Shown piece by piece: positions 9,236-20,279 of a DNA stretch of 64,000 bases. Made by a program: the position numbers and the translations under genes. Positions within the stretch are counted from its first letter, which is position 1, and each line of letters opens with the position of its first letter. The DNA comes from Pirellulales bacterium (GTDB lineage: Bacteria; Planctomycetota; Planctomycetia; Pirellulales; PALSA-1355). The notes under the pieces were generated by a model, which worked only from the letters and a program-made list of their open reading frames with translations, was not told the origin of the DNA and did no database searches. The stretch lies in the NCBI GenBank assembly GCA_963733035.1, contig CAVTBU010000005.1:1088001-1152000 (forward strand). The letters run 5' to 3'.

Positions 9236-11550
9236 ATGGCCAATTCACAGCCGGATTTAAGCACGATCCGCGAGCGAAGCATTCAGCGCATGAGCGGGGG
9301 CCTACCTGGCCTCGGCCTGCTGTTGCTCGCCGTCATCGTCTACTGGCCAACGCTCCAAAACGGCTATGTATCGGATGATAGCGGCTACGTCGTGAGCAAC
9401 TTCTCGCTGCGTTCCGCGCAGGGCCTCTACGATCTCTGGTTTACGATTGGCACGGTTCAACAGTACTATCCGCTCGTGTTCTCGATGTTTTGGGGAGAGT
9501 ATCACCTCTGGGGGCTCGACCCGACGGGCTATCACGCGGTGAACATGCTGCTGCATGCAACGGCGGCGATTCTGCTGTGGCGCGTGCTGGTGCGCATCGA
9601 AGTGCCAGGGGCCTGGCTTGCCGCGGCGATCTTTGTCGTGCATCCGGTAGAAGTCGAGAGTGTCGCTTGGATCAGCGAACGTAAGAATGTCCTGTCTTGC
9701 GCGCTGGCGCTGGCGGCGATGCTGGCGTACTGGCGTTTTGCGCCGCCGGAATTGGCGACCGAGCCGGGCGGGCCCCATCGAAGTGCACGCGCTTGGCGCT
9801 TCTACCTGCTTGCGCTGCTGCTGTTCGTCGGCGCGCTGCTCAGCAAGACCGTTACGGCCAGCATGCCGGCCGTGCTGCTGGTGATCGTGTGGTGGAAACG
9901 GGGACGCGTGACTTGGGGTGACGTCGGGCCGCTGGTGCCGTTTTTCAGCGTTGGCATCGGTCTGGGCATCCTGACCGTCTGGATGGAAAAGGTCTATGTG
10001 GGGGCGCAGGGAGATCGCTTTCAATTCACGATCGTCGACCGGCTGCTGATCGCCGGTCGGGCCGTCTGGTTCTATGCGGGCAAATTGGCCTGGCCGTATC
10101 CCTTGATGTTCTTCTATCCACGCTGGACGATCGATCCGCACGTTTGGTGGCAATACCTCTTTCCGATCGCGGCGGCCGCCTTGCTGGTTACCTTGTGGCT
10201 TGCCCGGAAGCGAATCGGGCGAGGCCCGCTGGCGGCCGCGTTGATTTTCGGCGGTGTGTTGGTGCCGGCCATTGGATTCTTTGACGTCTTTCCGTTTCGA
10301 TTTTCATTCGTCGCCGACCACTATCAATACCATGCCAGTATCGCGCTGATTACCCTGGCGACCGCGACACTGACGACGGCGGTAACGAAAATTGCAGGCC
10401 ACACAAGATGGGCTCTGCCGATCGTGGCCGCGGCAATACTCATTCCGTTGACGATCCTCGCCCACCAAAAAACGCACGTCTATTGGGACGACTTCACACT
10501 GCACTCGGACGTGGCGCGGTTGTATCCAGATTCCTGGGTCGCGCACAACAATATCGCCGGAATCTACCTGAACGAAAAGAAGTACCCAGAGGCGATCGAG
10601 TCGCTACGGCGCACCATCCGACTCATTCCGAACGACCCCGTGCCCCACGGCAACCTTGGCCGGGTATTGACCGAGTTGGGAGACTACGACCAGGCCCGGG
10701 CCGAGCTCGACACGGCCATGAAGTTGCACGTCGACAAGGACGAAAAGGCCTGGATCCTACGGCTCATCGGTGAACTGCAACTCAAGCAAGATCAAACCGA
10801 TGAAGCGCTCGATAGTTTCAATACGTCCATCGAGCTGCATCTCGACTGGACCGCGGTGATGCAGCGCGGACGCATCCGGGCCATGCGCGGCGATGTCTCG
10901 GCGCGCTCGACGATCTGGACCTGGCGTTACGTCTGCAACCCGATAGCTTCGAGGCTCGCGAACTGAGGGCAAAGGTATACGCGAGCACGGGCGAGTTCGA
11001 CAAGGCACTTGCCGACTTGCGGGAGTTACAACGCCAACTGCCGGATAGTGCAAACGTGCAACTGCAAACGGCGGGCGTGCAACAGGCCGCCGGGCATCCG
11101 AAAGAGGCGCTCGCGGCCTACGAGCGGGCAATCTCGCTTGATCCTGGGATGGTCGCGGCCTACCTCGGCCGTGGCGATTTGTACCTCGCGCTTGGACAGC
11201 GAGCAAAAGCAGCCGGCGACTACCGTAGCGCATTACAGTTGACGCCCGAGGACGTCGCCGCGCTGAACAATCTCGCCTGGATCCTGTCGACGTCGCCCGA
11301 GGCCGAATTGCGTGACGGCCGGCGAGCCGTGGAATTGGCCGCCGCCGCGTGCCGGGCCACCGAGCACCGCCGGGCCGAATTGTTGGGCACGCTGGCTGCC
11401 GCCCATGCCGAGGCAGGCGATTTCTCGGCTGCCGTGGAATGGGCGCAAAAGGCAATCCAGACGGCTGAGCCGCCGCTTAAGGAAGAGCTCGAGGACCAAC
11501 TTCAGGCCTACCAAATGCGGCGTCCCTGGCGCGATGTTCCGGCCCCCTAA
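9236..11550 (+). CDS. TMTC-like GT-C membrane protein with C-terminal TPRs (putative protein O-glycosyltransferase); frameshift at ~10901
   Basis: GYVSDD loop motif, YHAVNMLLH, HPVEVESVAWISERKNVL, many TM helices, ADHYQY, then TPRs continuing in ORF 11017..11550 (ALNNLAWILST..RDGRRAVELA). Confidence 0.8.
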
Positions 11551-11614
11551 ACATCTGCGAAACTCATTTGCAGGTCATATCTTAGGAAAATCATTAGGCT
11601 GCGAATGTTTTTCG

Positions 11615-11642
11615 TTGACATTGGTTTGTGCCGGCTTAAAAT
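11615..11642 (+). promoter_or_regulatory. Putative sigma70 promoter
   Basis: TTGACA-16 bp-TAAAAT. Confidence 0.55.
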
Positions 11643-11749
11643 CCCACCTGGGTGTGACTATGCACACCCGTCTCCGTAAGGAGAGGATCTACACGGCGTT
11701 TTGCGAGCCGCCTGATCTTCGGGCTCTTCCCCGCGCAGAGGAGTAGCTA

Positions 11750-14700
11750 ATGACGTTGAAAAAAACGATTTACTCCGCCACAAACGAGATGTGCGGAGTG
11801 ATAAACGCATCGTCGTGGCGGAAAGGCACTCGATTCTTCACTGCCGCCGGAACTTGCCTGGCAGTTGCCTTCACGTTGCAGACAAGTCTACCGCAGGTCC
11901 AGGCCCAGACATTCACAAACGCCACCGCGGCGGCCGGCATCAACCACACGCAATTCGAAACGCCGCCGCTGTTCTATCAGTTCTCCGAACAACGGATTCA
12001 AACCGGAGGCGTGGCAGCCCGCGACTACGACGGCGACGGCTACGTCGATTTGTATTTCACGCGGATGGATGCGCCTGACCTGTTGTACCACAACCAGGGA
12101 AACGGCACGTTCTCGGTGGTCGATCCAAGCGTCACCGGCATCAACCGCGGCATTGGCTCGAACGGCGCGGCCTGGGGCGACATCAACAACGACGGCAAGG
12201 CCGATTTGTACGTCACGACGGTCGACGACACGCGCAACTACCTGTACGTCAACAACGGTAACGGCACGTTTACCGAGCAAGCAGTTGCGCGCGGCGTCGA
12301 CGTATCGGGCAAGGGCGCCGCCTTCAGCCCCACGTTTGGCGACTACGATGGCGACGGCTACCTCGACATGTTCACCACCTCCTGGCTCGACGTGACGGGC
12401 AAGGGTACGCGGCTGTTTCACAACCAAGGCGCCGCGCACCCGGGCTTCTACACCGACGTGACCGTGGCGGCTGGCGTCGACATGTCGCAGCAAACGAGCT
12501 ACCAGGGCGTGACCAACGCCACGTTTGCGTTCTCGCCCCGGTTCACGGATTTGGATCACGACGGCCACGTCGACCTGGCGGTGACCGGCGACTTCAACAC
12601 CAGCCGTTTGTACTGGAATAACGGCGACGGCACGTTCACCGACGGCACCAACGCGGCCGGCGTGGGCATCGACAACAACGGCATGGGCTCGGCCGTGGGC
12701 GATTTCAACGGCGATGGCCAGCTCGACTGGTTCGTCTCATCGATCTACGACGACAACATTCCGAACAACGCCGGCTGGAAGGGGAACGGCAGCCAGCTTT
12801 ACATCAACAACGGCGACCGCACGTTCGACGCCACCGCCATGGACACGTACTGGGGCTGGGGCAGCACCGGCTTCGACTACGACAACGACGGTCAACTCGA
12901 TCTGGCCGTGACCAACGGCTTCGACGCTCCCGATGAAATCACCACGATCGAGAACAAATTCAATCACAACCCCACGTTGCTCTATCACAACGACAATGGC
13001 ACGCTGACCGACGTGGCCACGGCCGAAGGTGTGACCGACATGGACTCGGGCAAGGGGCTGTTGGTTCTCGACTACGATAACGACGGCAAAATGGACATGA
13101 TTGTCGTCAACAACGAAGGCGCCCCGATCCTCTATCACAATGACTCGACCACGCTCAACGACTGGATCGGATTCGATACCGTGGGAACCGTCTCGAACGC
13201 GGACGGATTCGGCGCGTGGATCACGGTGGTGGAAAACGGAGTCTCGCAGGTATTCGAAGTCAGCGCCGGCAGCAACTACCTGGGACAAAACGACAAGCGA
13301 GCTCATTTCGGCCTGGGCGCCGGCGACGGCATTCTCGATTCGGTATCGATCGCCTGGCCCAGCGGAATCAGCCAGACGTTTACCAACGTGCCGGAGAACC
13401 AATACTATGTGCTGAACGAATCAACCGGTTTGGGTCCCTTCGTCACCACTCCCGAACCTTCGACGGTGGCGCTGGCGATCTTGGCCGCGTTCTGTATCGG
13501 GTGTTGTCGCTCGGCCGGTCGTAAGGCCTTGCGGACGAAACGACAAATCGCGCTGTTGGTTTGCATCATCGGCGGCTCGGGCGCCGTTGCGCGCGGCGAT
13601 GTGATTACCGACTGGAACGGGGTGTGGGCTCAAACGATTCGTGAAACCGCGACGACGCATGGCGTGAATGCCGGGCCAGGACCGGTGGCGCGCGCCAACG
13701 CCATGATGTTCGGGTCGATCTACGACGCAATCAATTCGATTGACAACACGCACCAGCCCTATTTGGTCAATTACAACGTCCCGTCGGATACCAGCCGTGA
13801 AGCGGCCGCCGCCAGCGCCGCCTACCGCATCATGTCGTCGATTTACGGCAGCGGCGCGACGCAGCAGGCCCGATTCGACAATCAACTGGCGAGCAATCTG
13901 GCAAACATTCCGGATTCTCCTGGCAAAACCGCCGGCATTGCGTTGGGCACGGCCGTGGCCGATGCCATGATTGCCGCCCGGACCAACGACGGCTCGGGCG
14001 TATCGAGCACCTACACGCTCAATCCAGACGCCGGATATTGGCGTCCGGCCTTTGGGCAAGAACCGATTGTTCCGTCGTGGGGCAGCGTCACGCCGTTCAC
14101 GATGACCTCTGGCACGCAGTTTCGTCCCGGTCCTCCGGGCGGCTATAGCGACATGCCGTCGCTGCTGGCCAGCCCCGAGTATGCCGCGCAGGTTGCCGCC
14201 GTGCGCGAGCTGGGAGCGCTGGACAGCACCACCCGCACGGCCGATCAAACCGAGATCGCCGAGTTTTGGGCGAACGACAACCCGGGAACGTTCAAGCCGA
14301 TTGGCCAACTCGACCAATGGACCCAAGTCGTGGCCACGAGCCAGGGGCTTTCGCTCAGCGACGAAGCGCGGCTGTTTGCACTGAGCAGCCTGGCGATGGC
14401 CGACGCTTCGATCGTATCGTGGGATATCAAGTACGATACGAACATCGACCTCTGGCGGCCGCGCGACGCGATTCGCGAGGTGGTCGACGACGGCAATTCG
14501 CTGACCGTTGCGGACCCGACCTGGCAGCCGTTGGCGCTGATTGTCGACGGCAACCCGGCGCCGGCGTTTCCGTCGTACGTCTCGGGGCACGCGGTCTTCG
14601 CCTCCACGCAGGCGGCGATTCTCACCTCGTTTTTCGGCACCGACGACATTTCCTTCAGCCTGACCTCGGACACCTCCACGGCGACTCGCTCGTTTGATAG

Positions 14701-14932
14701 TTTTTCGCAAGCCGCGCTGGAAGACGCTTCGAGCCGCGTCTTTCTGGGGGTGCATTTCCCCTGGGATGCCGACGCCGCGTTGCCGTCCGGAACGGCGCTA
14801 GGGCAATACGTTTCCGACAACTTCTTGCTGCCGGTCGCGGTCGTGCCGGAACCATCATCCATCGTGATGGGAATCCTGGGTGCAATGGCACTGGGAATCT
14901 TAGGATGGCGGAAGACTCGTCGAACCGGGTAG
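11750..14932 (+). CDS. CRTAC1/ASPIC-UnbV FG-GAP protein + internal PEP-CTERM fused to a vanadium-dependent haloperoxidase/PAP2 domain + terminal PEP-CTERM
   Basis: Seven D-x-(D/N)-x-DG-x-x-D repeats; ASPIC motif SAGSNYLGQNDKRAHFGLG..WPSG; PEPST-TM at 13451; haloperoxidase motifs KY..WRP, PAFPSYVSGH, SRVFLGVHF; terminal VPEPSS-TM-RKTRR. Confidence 0.85.
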   Translation: MTLKKTIYSATNEMCGVINASSWRKGTRFFTAAGTCLAVAFTLQTSLPQVQAQTFTNATAAAGINHTQFETPPLFYQFSEQRIQTGGVAARDYDGDGYVDLYFTRMDAPDLLYHNQGNGTFSVVDPSVTGINRGIGSNGAAWGDINNDGKADLYVTTVDDTRNYLYVNNGNGTFTEQAVARGVDVSGKGAAFSPTFGDYDGDGYLDMFTTSWLDVTGKGTRLFHNQGAAHPGFYTDVTVAAGVDMSQQTSYQGVTNATFAFSPRFTDLDHDGHVDLAVTGDFNTSRLYWNNGDGTFTDGTNAAGVGIDNNGMGSAVGDFNGDGQLDWFVSSIYDDNIPNNAGWKGNGSQLYINNGDRTFDATAMDTYWGWGSTGFDYDNDGQLDLAVTNGFDAPDEITTIENKFNHNPTLLYHNDNGTLTDVATAEGVTDMDSGKGLLVLDYDNDGKMDMIVVNNEGAPILYHNDSTTLNDWIGFDTVGTVSNADGFGAWITVVENGVSQVFEVSAGSNYLGQNDKRAHFGLGAGDGILDSVSIAWPSGISQTFTNVPENQYYVLNESTGLGPFVTTPEPSTVALAILAAFCIGCCRSAGRKALRTKRQIALLVCIIGGSGAVARGDVITDWNGVWAQTIRETATTHGVNAGPGPVARANAMMFGSIYDAINSIDNTHQPYLVNYNVPSDTSREAAAASAAYRIMSSIYGSGATQQARFDNQLASNLANIPDSPGKTAGIALGTAVADAMIAARTNDGSGVSSTYTLNPDAGYWRPAFGQEPIVPSWGSVTPFTMTSGTQFRPGPPGGYSDMPSLLASPEYAAQVAAVRELGALDSTTRTADQTEIAEFWANDNPGTFKPIGQLDQWTQVVATSQGLSLSDEARLFALSSLAMADASIVSWDIKYDTNIDLWRPRDAIREVVDDGNSLTVADPTWQPLALIVDGNPAPAFPSYVSGHAVFASTQAAILTSFFGTDDISFSLTSDTSTATRSFDSFSQAALEDASSRVFLGVHFPWDADAALPSGTALGQYVSDNFLLPVAVVPEPSSIVMGILGAMALGILGWRKTRRTG

Positions 14933-15129
14933 GCGCATCGGCGGGGACTCGCCATTGAGCGTGGCCACGTAACGGGGGGCCACTGGCCCGGCGCCGCCAT
15001 TCCGCTTGTCCAGAGCGCGGTTTGCAGCCGCGCGGCCGACGGCTTACAGTGGCGTCTACCAGATACTTGGTTTCATGCCGCAAGCGTCCCGCGGTACAGC
15101 TGGGCGATTTGCCCTTCACGGAGTCTTAA

Positions 15130-16239
15130 ATGAGACGTTTTCGTTTGGTCCTTGGCTTCACGCTCTGCTGGGTCGGCGCGGCGACTGCGGTCAGCGCGGC
15201 CGCACCCCGCGCCACGGAGAACGTTATTTTGCTCATGACCGATGGCCTGCGCTGGCAAGAGGTCTTTACCGGCGCCGAGGAATCGCTGATGACCAAAGAG
15301 CCGGGCGGCGTGAAGGACGTCGACGGTTTGAAAGCCGAATTCTGGCGCGAGACGCCCCAGGAGCGCCGCACGGCGTTGCTGCCGTTTCTGTGGGGCACGG
15401 TTGCCAAACAGGGCCAGATCTTCGGCAACCGCGAAAAAGGGAGCTACGCACAAGTCACCAACGGCATGCATTTTTCTTACCCCGGCTACAACGAAACGCT
15501 GTGTGGCTTTGCCGACCCACGGATCGACTCGAACGACAAGGTGCCGAATCCCAACGTCACGGTGTTCGAGTGGCTCAATCGCCAGGCAAAGTATCACGGC
15601 GCGGTGGCCGCTTTCGGCGTCTGGGATTGTTTCCCTTACATCTTCAACCGCGACCGCTGCGGCTTCTTGATCAATGCCGGCTTCGAACCCCTGCCCGGCG
15701 GCGACCGGAACCCGCGCATCGCCTTGCTCAACGAACTGAAAACCGGCACCACGGCGTACTTTGGCGCTGAACCGTTTGATTCGTTCGAGATTCAATCGGC
15801 GATCGAATACCTCAAGGACAAGCAGCCTCGCGTTTTCTTCCTCTCGCTCAATGAAACCGACGCCTGGGGTCACGCGGGCCGCTACGATCTGTATCTCAAG
15901 TCCGCGCATGCGGCCGACGCGTGCCTCAAGCAGATCTGGGACACGGTGCAGGCGCTCCCGCAATATCGCGGCAAGACGTCGATTCTGATGACCGTTGATC
16001 ACGGGCGCGGCGACGCGCCTGTGGATTGGAAGAGCCACGGCGAAAAGATCGCCAAGAGCGAATACATCTGGCTGGCTGCCATCGGACCCGACACGCCGGC
16101 AATGGGCGAACGCGCGGACTCGACGCCGATCACGCAAAGCCAGGTCGCCGCCACGGTGGCTGCTTTGTTGGGCGAAGACTTTTGCGCCGCGGTTCCGCAA
16201 GCGGCCGGGCCGATCGCCGACGTGTTGCCCAAAAACTAA
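15130..16239 (+). CDS. Secreted alkaline-phosphatase-superfamily protein
   Basis: Signal peptide; LMTDGLRWQEVF, FSYPGYNE, ETDAWGH, TVDHGRG metal-binding motifs. Confidence 0.8.
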   Translation: MRRFRLVLGFTLCWVGAATAVSAAAPRATENVILLMTDGLRWQEVFTGAEESLMTKEPGGVKDVDGLKAEFWRETPQERRTALLPFLWGTVAKQGQIFGNREKGSYAQVTNGMHFSYPGYNETLCGFADPRIDSNDKVPNPNVTVFEWLNRQAKYHGAVAAFGVWDCFPYIFNRDRCGFLINAGFEPLPGGDRNPRIALLNELKTGTTAYFGAEPFDSFEIQSAIEYLKDKQPRVFFLSLNETDAWGHAGRYDLYLKSAHAADACLKQIWDTVQALPQYRGKTSILMTVDHGRGDAPVDWKSHGEKIAKSEYIWLAAIGPDTPAMGERADSTPITQSQVAATVAALLGEDFCAAVPQAAGPIADVLPKN

Positions 16240-16291
16240 TCTCGGTCACGGGTCGACGACCCTGCCGACGCTGGCAAAAGGATCCCACTCG

Positions 16292-19190
16292 ATGCACGCT
16301 ACCCTGTTGTGCCTGGCAATTGTGCTGGCCGCCGAGGCAAACGACGCTCCGCTTGAAATTCCCCAGGTGGTTGACCCGCGATTGCGAATCGAACTTTTCG
16401 CGGCCGAGCCCGAGATTGTCACGCCGTGCGGCATTACGGTCGACGCCCAGGGACGCGTGCTGGTTGTCGAGAGCCATACGCACTTTCGCCCCGAAGATTA
16501 TGTGGGGCCGCCGGCGGACCGGATTCAAATGTTTGCCGACACCGATGGCGACGGACATGCGGACCGCATCACGACGTTTCACGAGGGGACGCGTTACACG
16601 ATGAACGCAGGCGTGCATCCTGATGGCTCGGTGTACGTTGCCACGCGGATGAAAATCTTTCGCCTCCGCGATACCGACGGCGATGGTCGGGCCGACGAGA
16701 ACACGCCGATCGCGCACTTGGAAACCAAGGGTGATTATCCGCACAACGGACTGTCCGGATTCGCTTTCGACTTTGCCGGCAACGTGTATTTCGGGCTGGG
16801 CGAAAACCTGGGGGCCAGGTTCAAACTCATCGGCACCGATGGTTCGCTCGTCAGCGACCTCGAGGGAGGGCAGATCTATCGCTGTCAGGCCGATGGGAAA
16901 AAGATCGAGCGCGTGGCATTTGGCTTCTGGAATCCGTTCCACTTGGCATTCGACGCGTTTGGCCGCTTGTTCGCCGTGGACAACGATCCCGACTCGATGC
17001 CTCCTTGTCGGCTGATGCACATTGTCGACGGCGGAAACTACGGCTATCGCTATCGGAACGGGCGGAAAGGAGTGCATCCCTTCACCGCCTGGAACGGCGA
17101 ACTGCCCGGCACGCTGCCGATGGTGGCCGGCACCGGCGAGGCGCCCTCTGGCGTTTTGGCGTACGAGTCAGATCAACTACCGGAAGATTATGTCGGCAAT
17201 TTACTGGTCACCAGCTGGGGCGACCATCGCATCGAGCGTTATCGCCTCGAGCCGCGGGGCGAGCTTTCAGGCCGTGACCGAGCCCATCGTCAAAGGCAAC
17301 GAGAACTTTCGGCCGGTTGGCATCGCGGTCGCCCCCGATGGTTCGCTTTTCGTCAGCGATTGGGTGCTGAAAGACTACAACGTGCACGGCAAGGGACGCC
17401 TTTGGCACATCACCGCGGCTGCTTCCCAAACGCGGACTCGACCAACAGAACCCGACGAGGCGATTCATTCAAAGGATCGGCAAGTGCGAGAGGCCGCGGC
17501 ACGCACGCTGGCGGGCAGTGACGAAGGTCGCGCCAGGCTGGCCAGGCTGGCCAAGGACGACGAATCGCCTCGAGTCCGTTCGCTATCGCTGGCGGCATTG
17601 CAGTCCGTGGGAGAAACGGACGCCGTGGTTGCGGCCGCCGCGAGCGATTCCTCGGTCGATGTCCGGTCGGCGGCAGTCCGCTATTTGGGTAACACGGCCG
17701 GCTGCTCCGCAAACCTGAAGCAACAACCGTCGCCAGAGGTTCGCGCGGAGGTGATGCGGCATTGCTTGGATCCCGCCGTGAAGGAGACGCTGTGGCAAGC
17801 GGTTGCGGATCCTGATGCGTTCGTGGCCCAGGCGGCGCGGCAGGGGCTGACGGAACTGCATGCCGTTGACGCGAACATTGATTTGGACGAACTTTCGGCC
17901 CCACAGCGTCTGGCGGCGCTGCTTATCCTGCGCGAAGCAAACGTACCCGGTGGAACGCGGTTGCTGCCGCGGCTGCTTCGCGATCCGAACGTGGACGTGC
18001 GTTTTGCCGCCGTGCAATGGGTGGGAGAGGAACGTCTGACGGAGTTTCGCGAGCCGCTCGTGGAAGCCCTTTCCGCAGGACCGGCCACCGCGCGTTTGTT
18101 TGGGGGTTACCTGTCGGCGCTCGAACGCCTGGAAGGGGTTAGCCGCATCCCATCGAACGAGTGGAGCGGGGAACAATACATCGTTCTTGCGCTTGAGGAC
18201 CCCGCGACCAGCCCCGAAGCACGACGCTGGGCGCTGCGAATGTTGCGACCCGACCATCCCCTGCTCACCGTTGACCGTTTGCGGCAGTACCTGACAGGCG
18301 AAGACGAAGCCTTGCAATTGGAAGCCGTCCGTTCGCTGCGCGACTCCCGACTTGCGGAGCGGGATACACTTTTGGCGGAAGTCGCCGGGTCAGACGCGTA
18401 CTCGCCGCGGCTCAGAGCGGAAGCAATTGTCGGACTGGCGCCAAATTCGGATTCGACGAAAAAACTTCTCGTACAGTTGGCCGGCGGCAACAATCGTTCC
18501 TTGCGCAATGAAGCTCTCCGCTCGCTTCGGGGGGCCGAACTCGATGCGGGGGATGTCGGGCAGCTAAAGGCGCTTGCCAGCAACGATGCGTCATTGGCCG
18601 AAATGGTTACCCGCGTGCTGGAACCGAAGAACAATAGCCTGGCGCCGTCGAACACCAATGTCGACGCCTGGGTGAGCCTGCTAGACGGCAGCGGCGACCC
18701 CGAGGCGGGCGAGCGAATTTTCTTTCATCGCCAGGCCGCGGCCTGCGCGCGTTGTCACCAAATTGAAGGTCGGGGTGCCAAGGTGGGTCCGGAGTTGACG
18801 GCAACCGCACGCACACTCGACGAACGGCGGCTCGTCGAGTCGATCGTCCAGCCAAGCAAGGAAATTGCCCCGCAGTTCGTCTCTTGGCTGGTGGTAACCA
18901 AGTCGGGCCAGCCGCTGACCGGCGTGTTGGTTCACGAGGAAGCGACGGGCGAACAAACCTACGCGGATCAGCAGGGAAAGCTGACGGTACTCACGCCCGA
19001 TGAAATCGAGTCGCGTCGACCGCAAGCCACGTCGCTGATGCCCGACGGCCTGCCGGGGCAGATGACCGTACAGGAATTCCGCGACCTCTTGGCGTTTCTG
19101 CGAGGTCCCGGTGCATCGACCGCCGCGTCCGCAACATCGGCGCCGGCAACTCCCGCCGGACTGGGAAACGCGAGTAACAGTGGCAATTGA
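16292..19190 (+). CDS. PVC-type heme-binding CxxCH protein (propeller + HEAT + cytochrome c); frameshift at ~17258
   Basis: ELFAAEPEIVTP, DTDGDGxAD, GFWNPF, FRPVGIAVAPDGSLFVSDW, HEAT repeats, CARCH, SLMPDGL..DLLAFL. Confidence 0.85.
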
Positions 19191-19215
19191 CGCGGTAAAG
19201 CCAAAGCCTTAAACT
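19187..19215 (+). promoter_or_regulatory. Putative sigma70 promoter of the rpsB operon
   Basis: TTGACG-17 bp-TAAACT. Confidence 0.6.
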
Positions 19216-19355
19216 AGTTGGCTCGCCACTTCGAACGGCCCGGAGCTGGCGGGCGGACTGTCATTTTTGAACCTGGCCGAGGTTTCTACCCAACGCCGGT
19301 CGTTCCCTCGTGGTTTGGGAACAAGCTGCCGGTGTGCCAAGACAAGGAGATTTTT

Positions 19356-20096
19356 GTGGCGACTGTTCTCGTCCAGCAACTCATCGAAGCGGGGGTTCAC
19401 TTTGGCCATCGGGCAAGCCGCTGGAACCCCAAGATGCGGCCCTATATCTACGCCCGGCAGAACCTGATCCATATCATCGACGTCCGCGAGACGATCCGCG
19501 GACTGTTGCGGGCCAGGAAGTATCTCAAGCAGGTGGCATCGAACAACAGCCTGGCCTTGTTCGTCGGCACCAAGCGGCAAGCGGGTGACACGATCGAGCG
19601 GGAGGCGGAGCGCTGCGGCATGCCCTACGTCAGCGATCGTTGGCTCGGTGGCACGCTGACGAACTTCCGCACGATTCGCAATCGGCTTACCCGGCTCGAG
19701 GAGCTCGAAGCCTTGCGTTCCGGCGACCAGCTCGGCACCTATTCGAAGAAGATGCAGTCGGCGCTACAGCGAGAATTCCGCAAGATGTATCGCAACCTGC
19801 ACGGCATTCGCACGATGCACCGCCTGCCCGAGTGTCTGGTGGTTGTCGATCCCAAGAAAGAACGCAACGCCATCCGCGAAGCGCACGCGCTGGGCATTAC
19901 GACCGTGGCGCTGATCGATACGGACAGCGATCCGGATACCGTCGATTTGCCGATCCCCGGCAACGACGACAGCATTCGTTCGATTGAGTTGATCGTGAAG
20001 CAACTGGCCGACGCGATCAATGAGGGCAAAGCCGGCACGACGGACGAAATGGAACGCCAAAAGACCGACGCGACCGCGGAGCAGCCGGTTGGCTAA
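19356..20096 (+). CDS. rpsB: 30S ribosomal protein S2
   Basis: AAGGAG + [37 protein letters not shown]. Confidence 0.98.
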   Translation: MATVLVQQLIEAGVHFGHRASRWNPKMRPYIYARQNLIHIIDVRETIRGLLRARKYLKQVASNNSLALFVGTKRQAGDTIEREAERCGMPYVSDRWLGGTLTNFRTIRNRLTRLEELEALRSGDQLGTYSKKMQSALQREFRKMYRNLHGIRTMHRLPECLVVVDPKKERNAIREAHALGITTVALIDTDSDPDTVDLPIPGNDDSIRSIELIVKQLADAINEGKAGTTDEMERQKTDATAEQPVG

Positions 20097-20279
20097 ACGC
20101 GGGCAGTCAGGCAACCGCACGGCTGATTGCCGCTGCCTCGCTTGACTGCAACGAAAACAGACCGCGACGCGCGGCCGATGGGTTGCGGGTCGCCGGCGGC
20201 CGGCGAGTTGGCGGTTCTCTTTGCCGCCGGCCAGATGACGACATTGCCAGAATTGACTGATAAGGAAGGACTTTGACCC

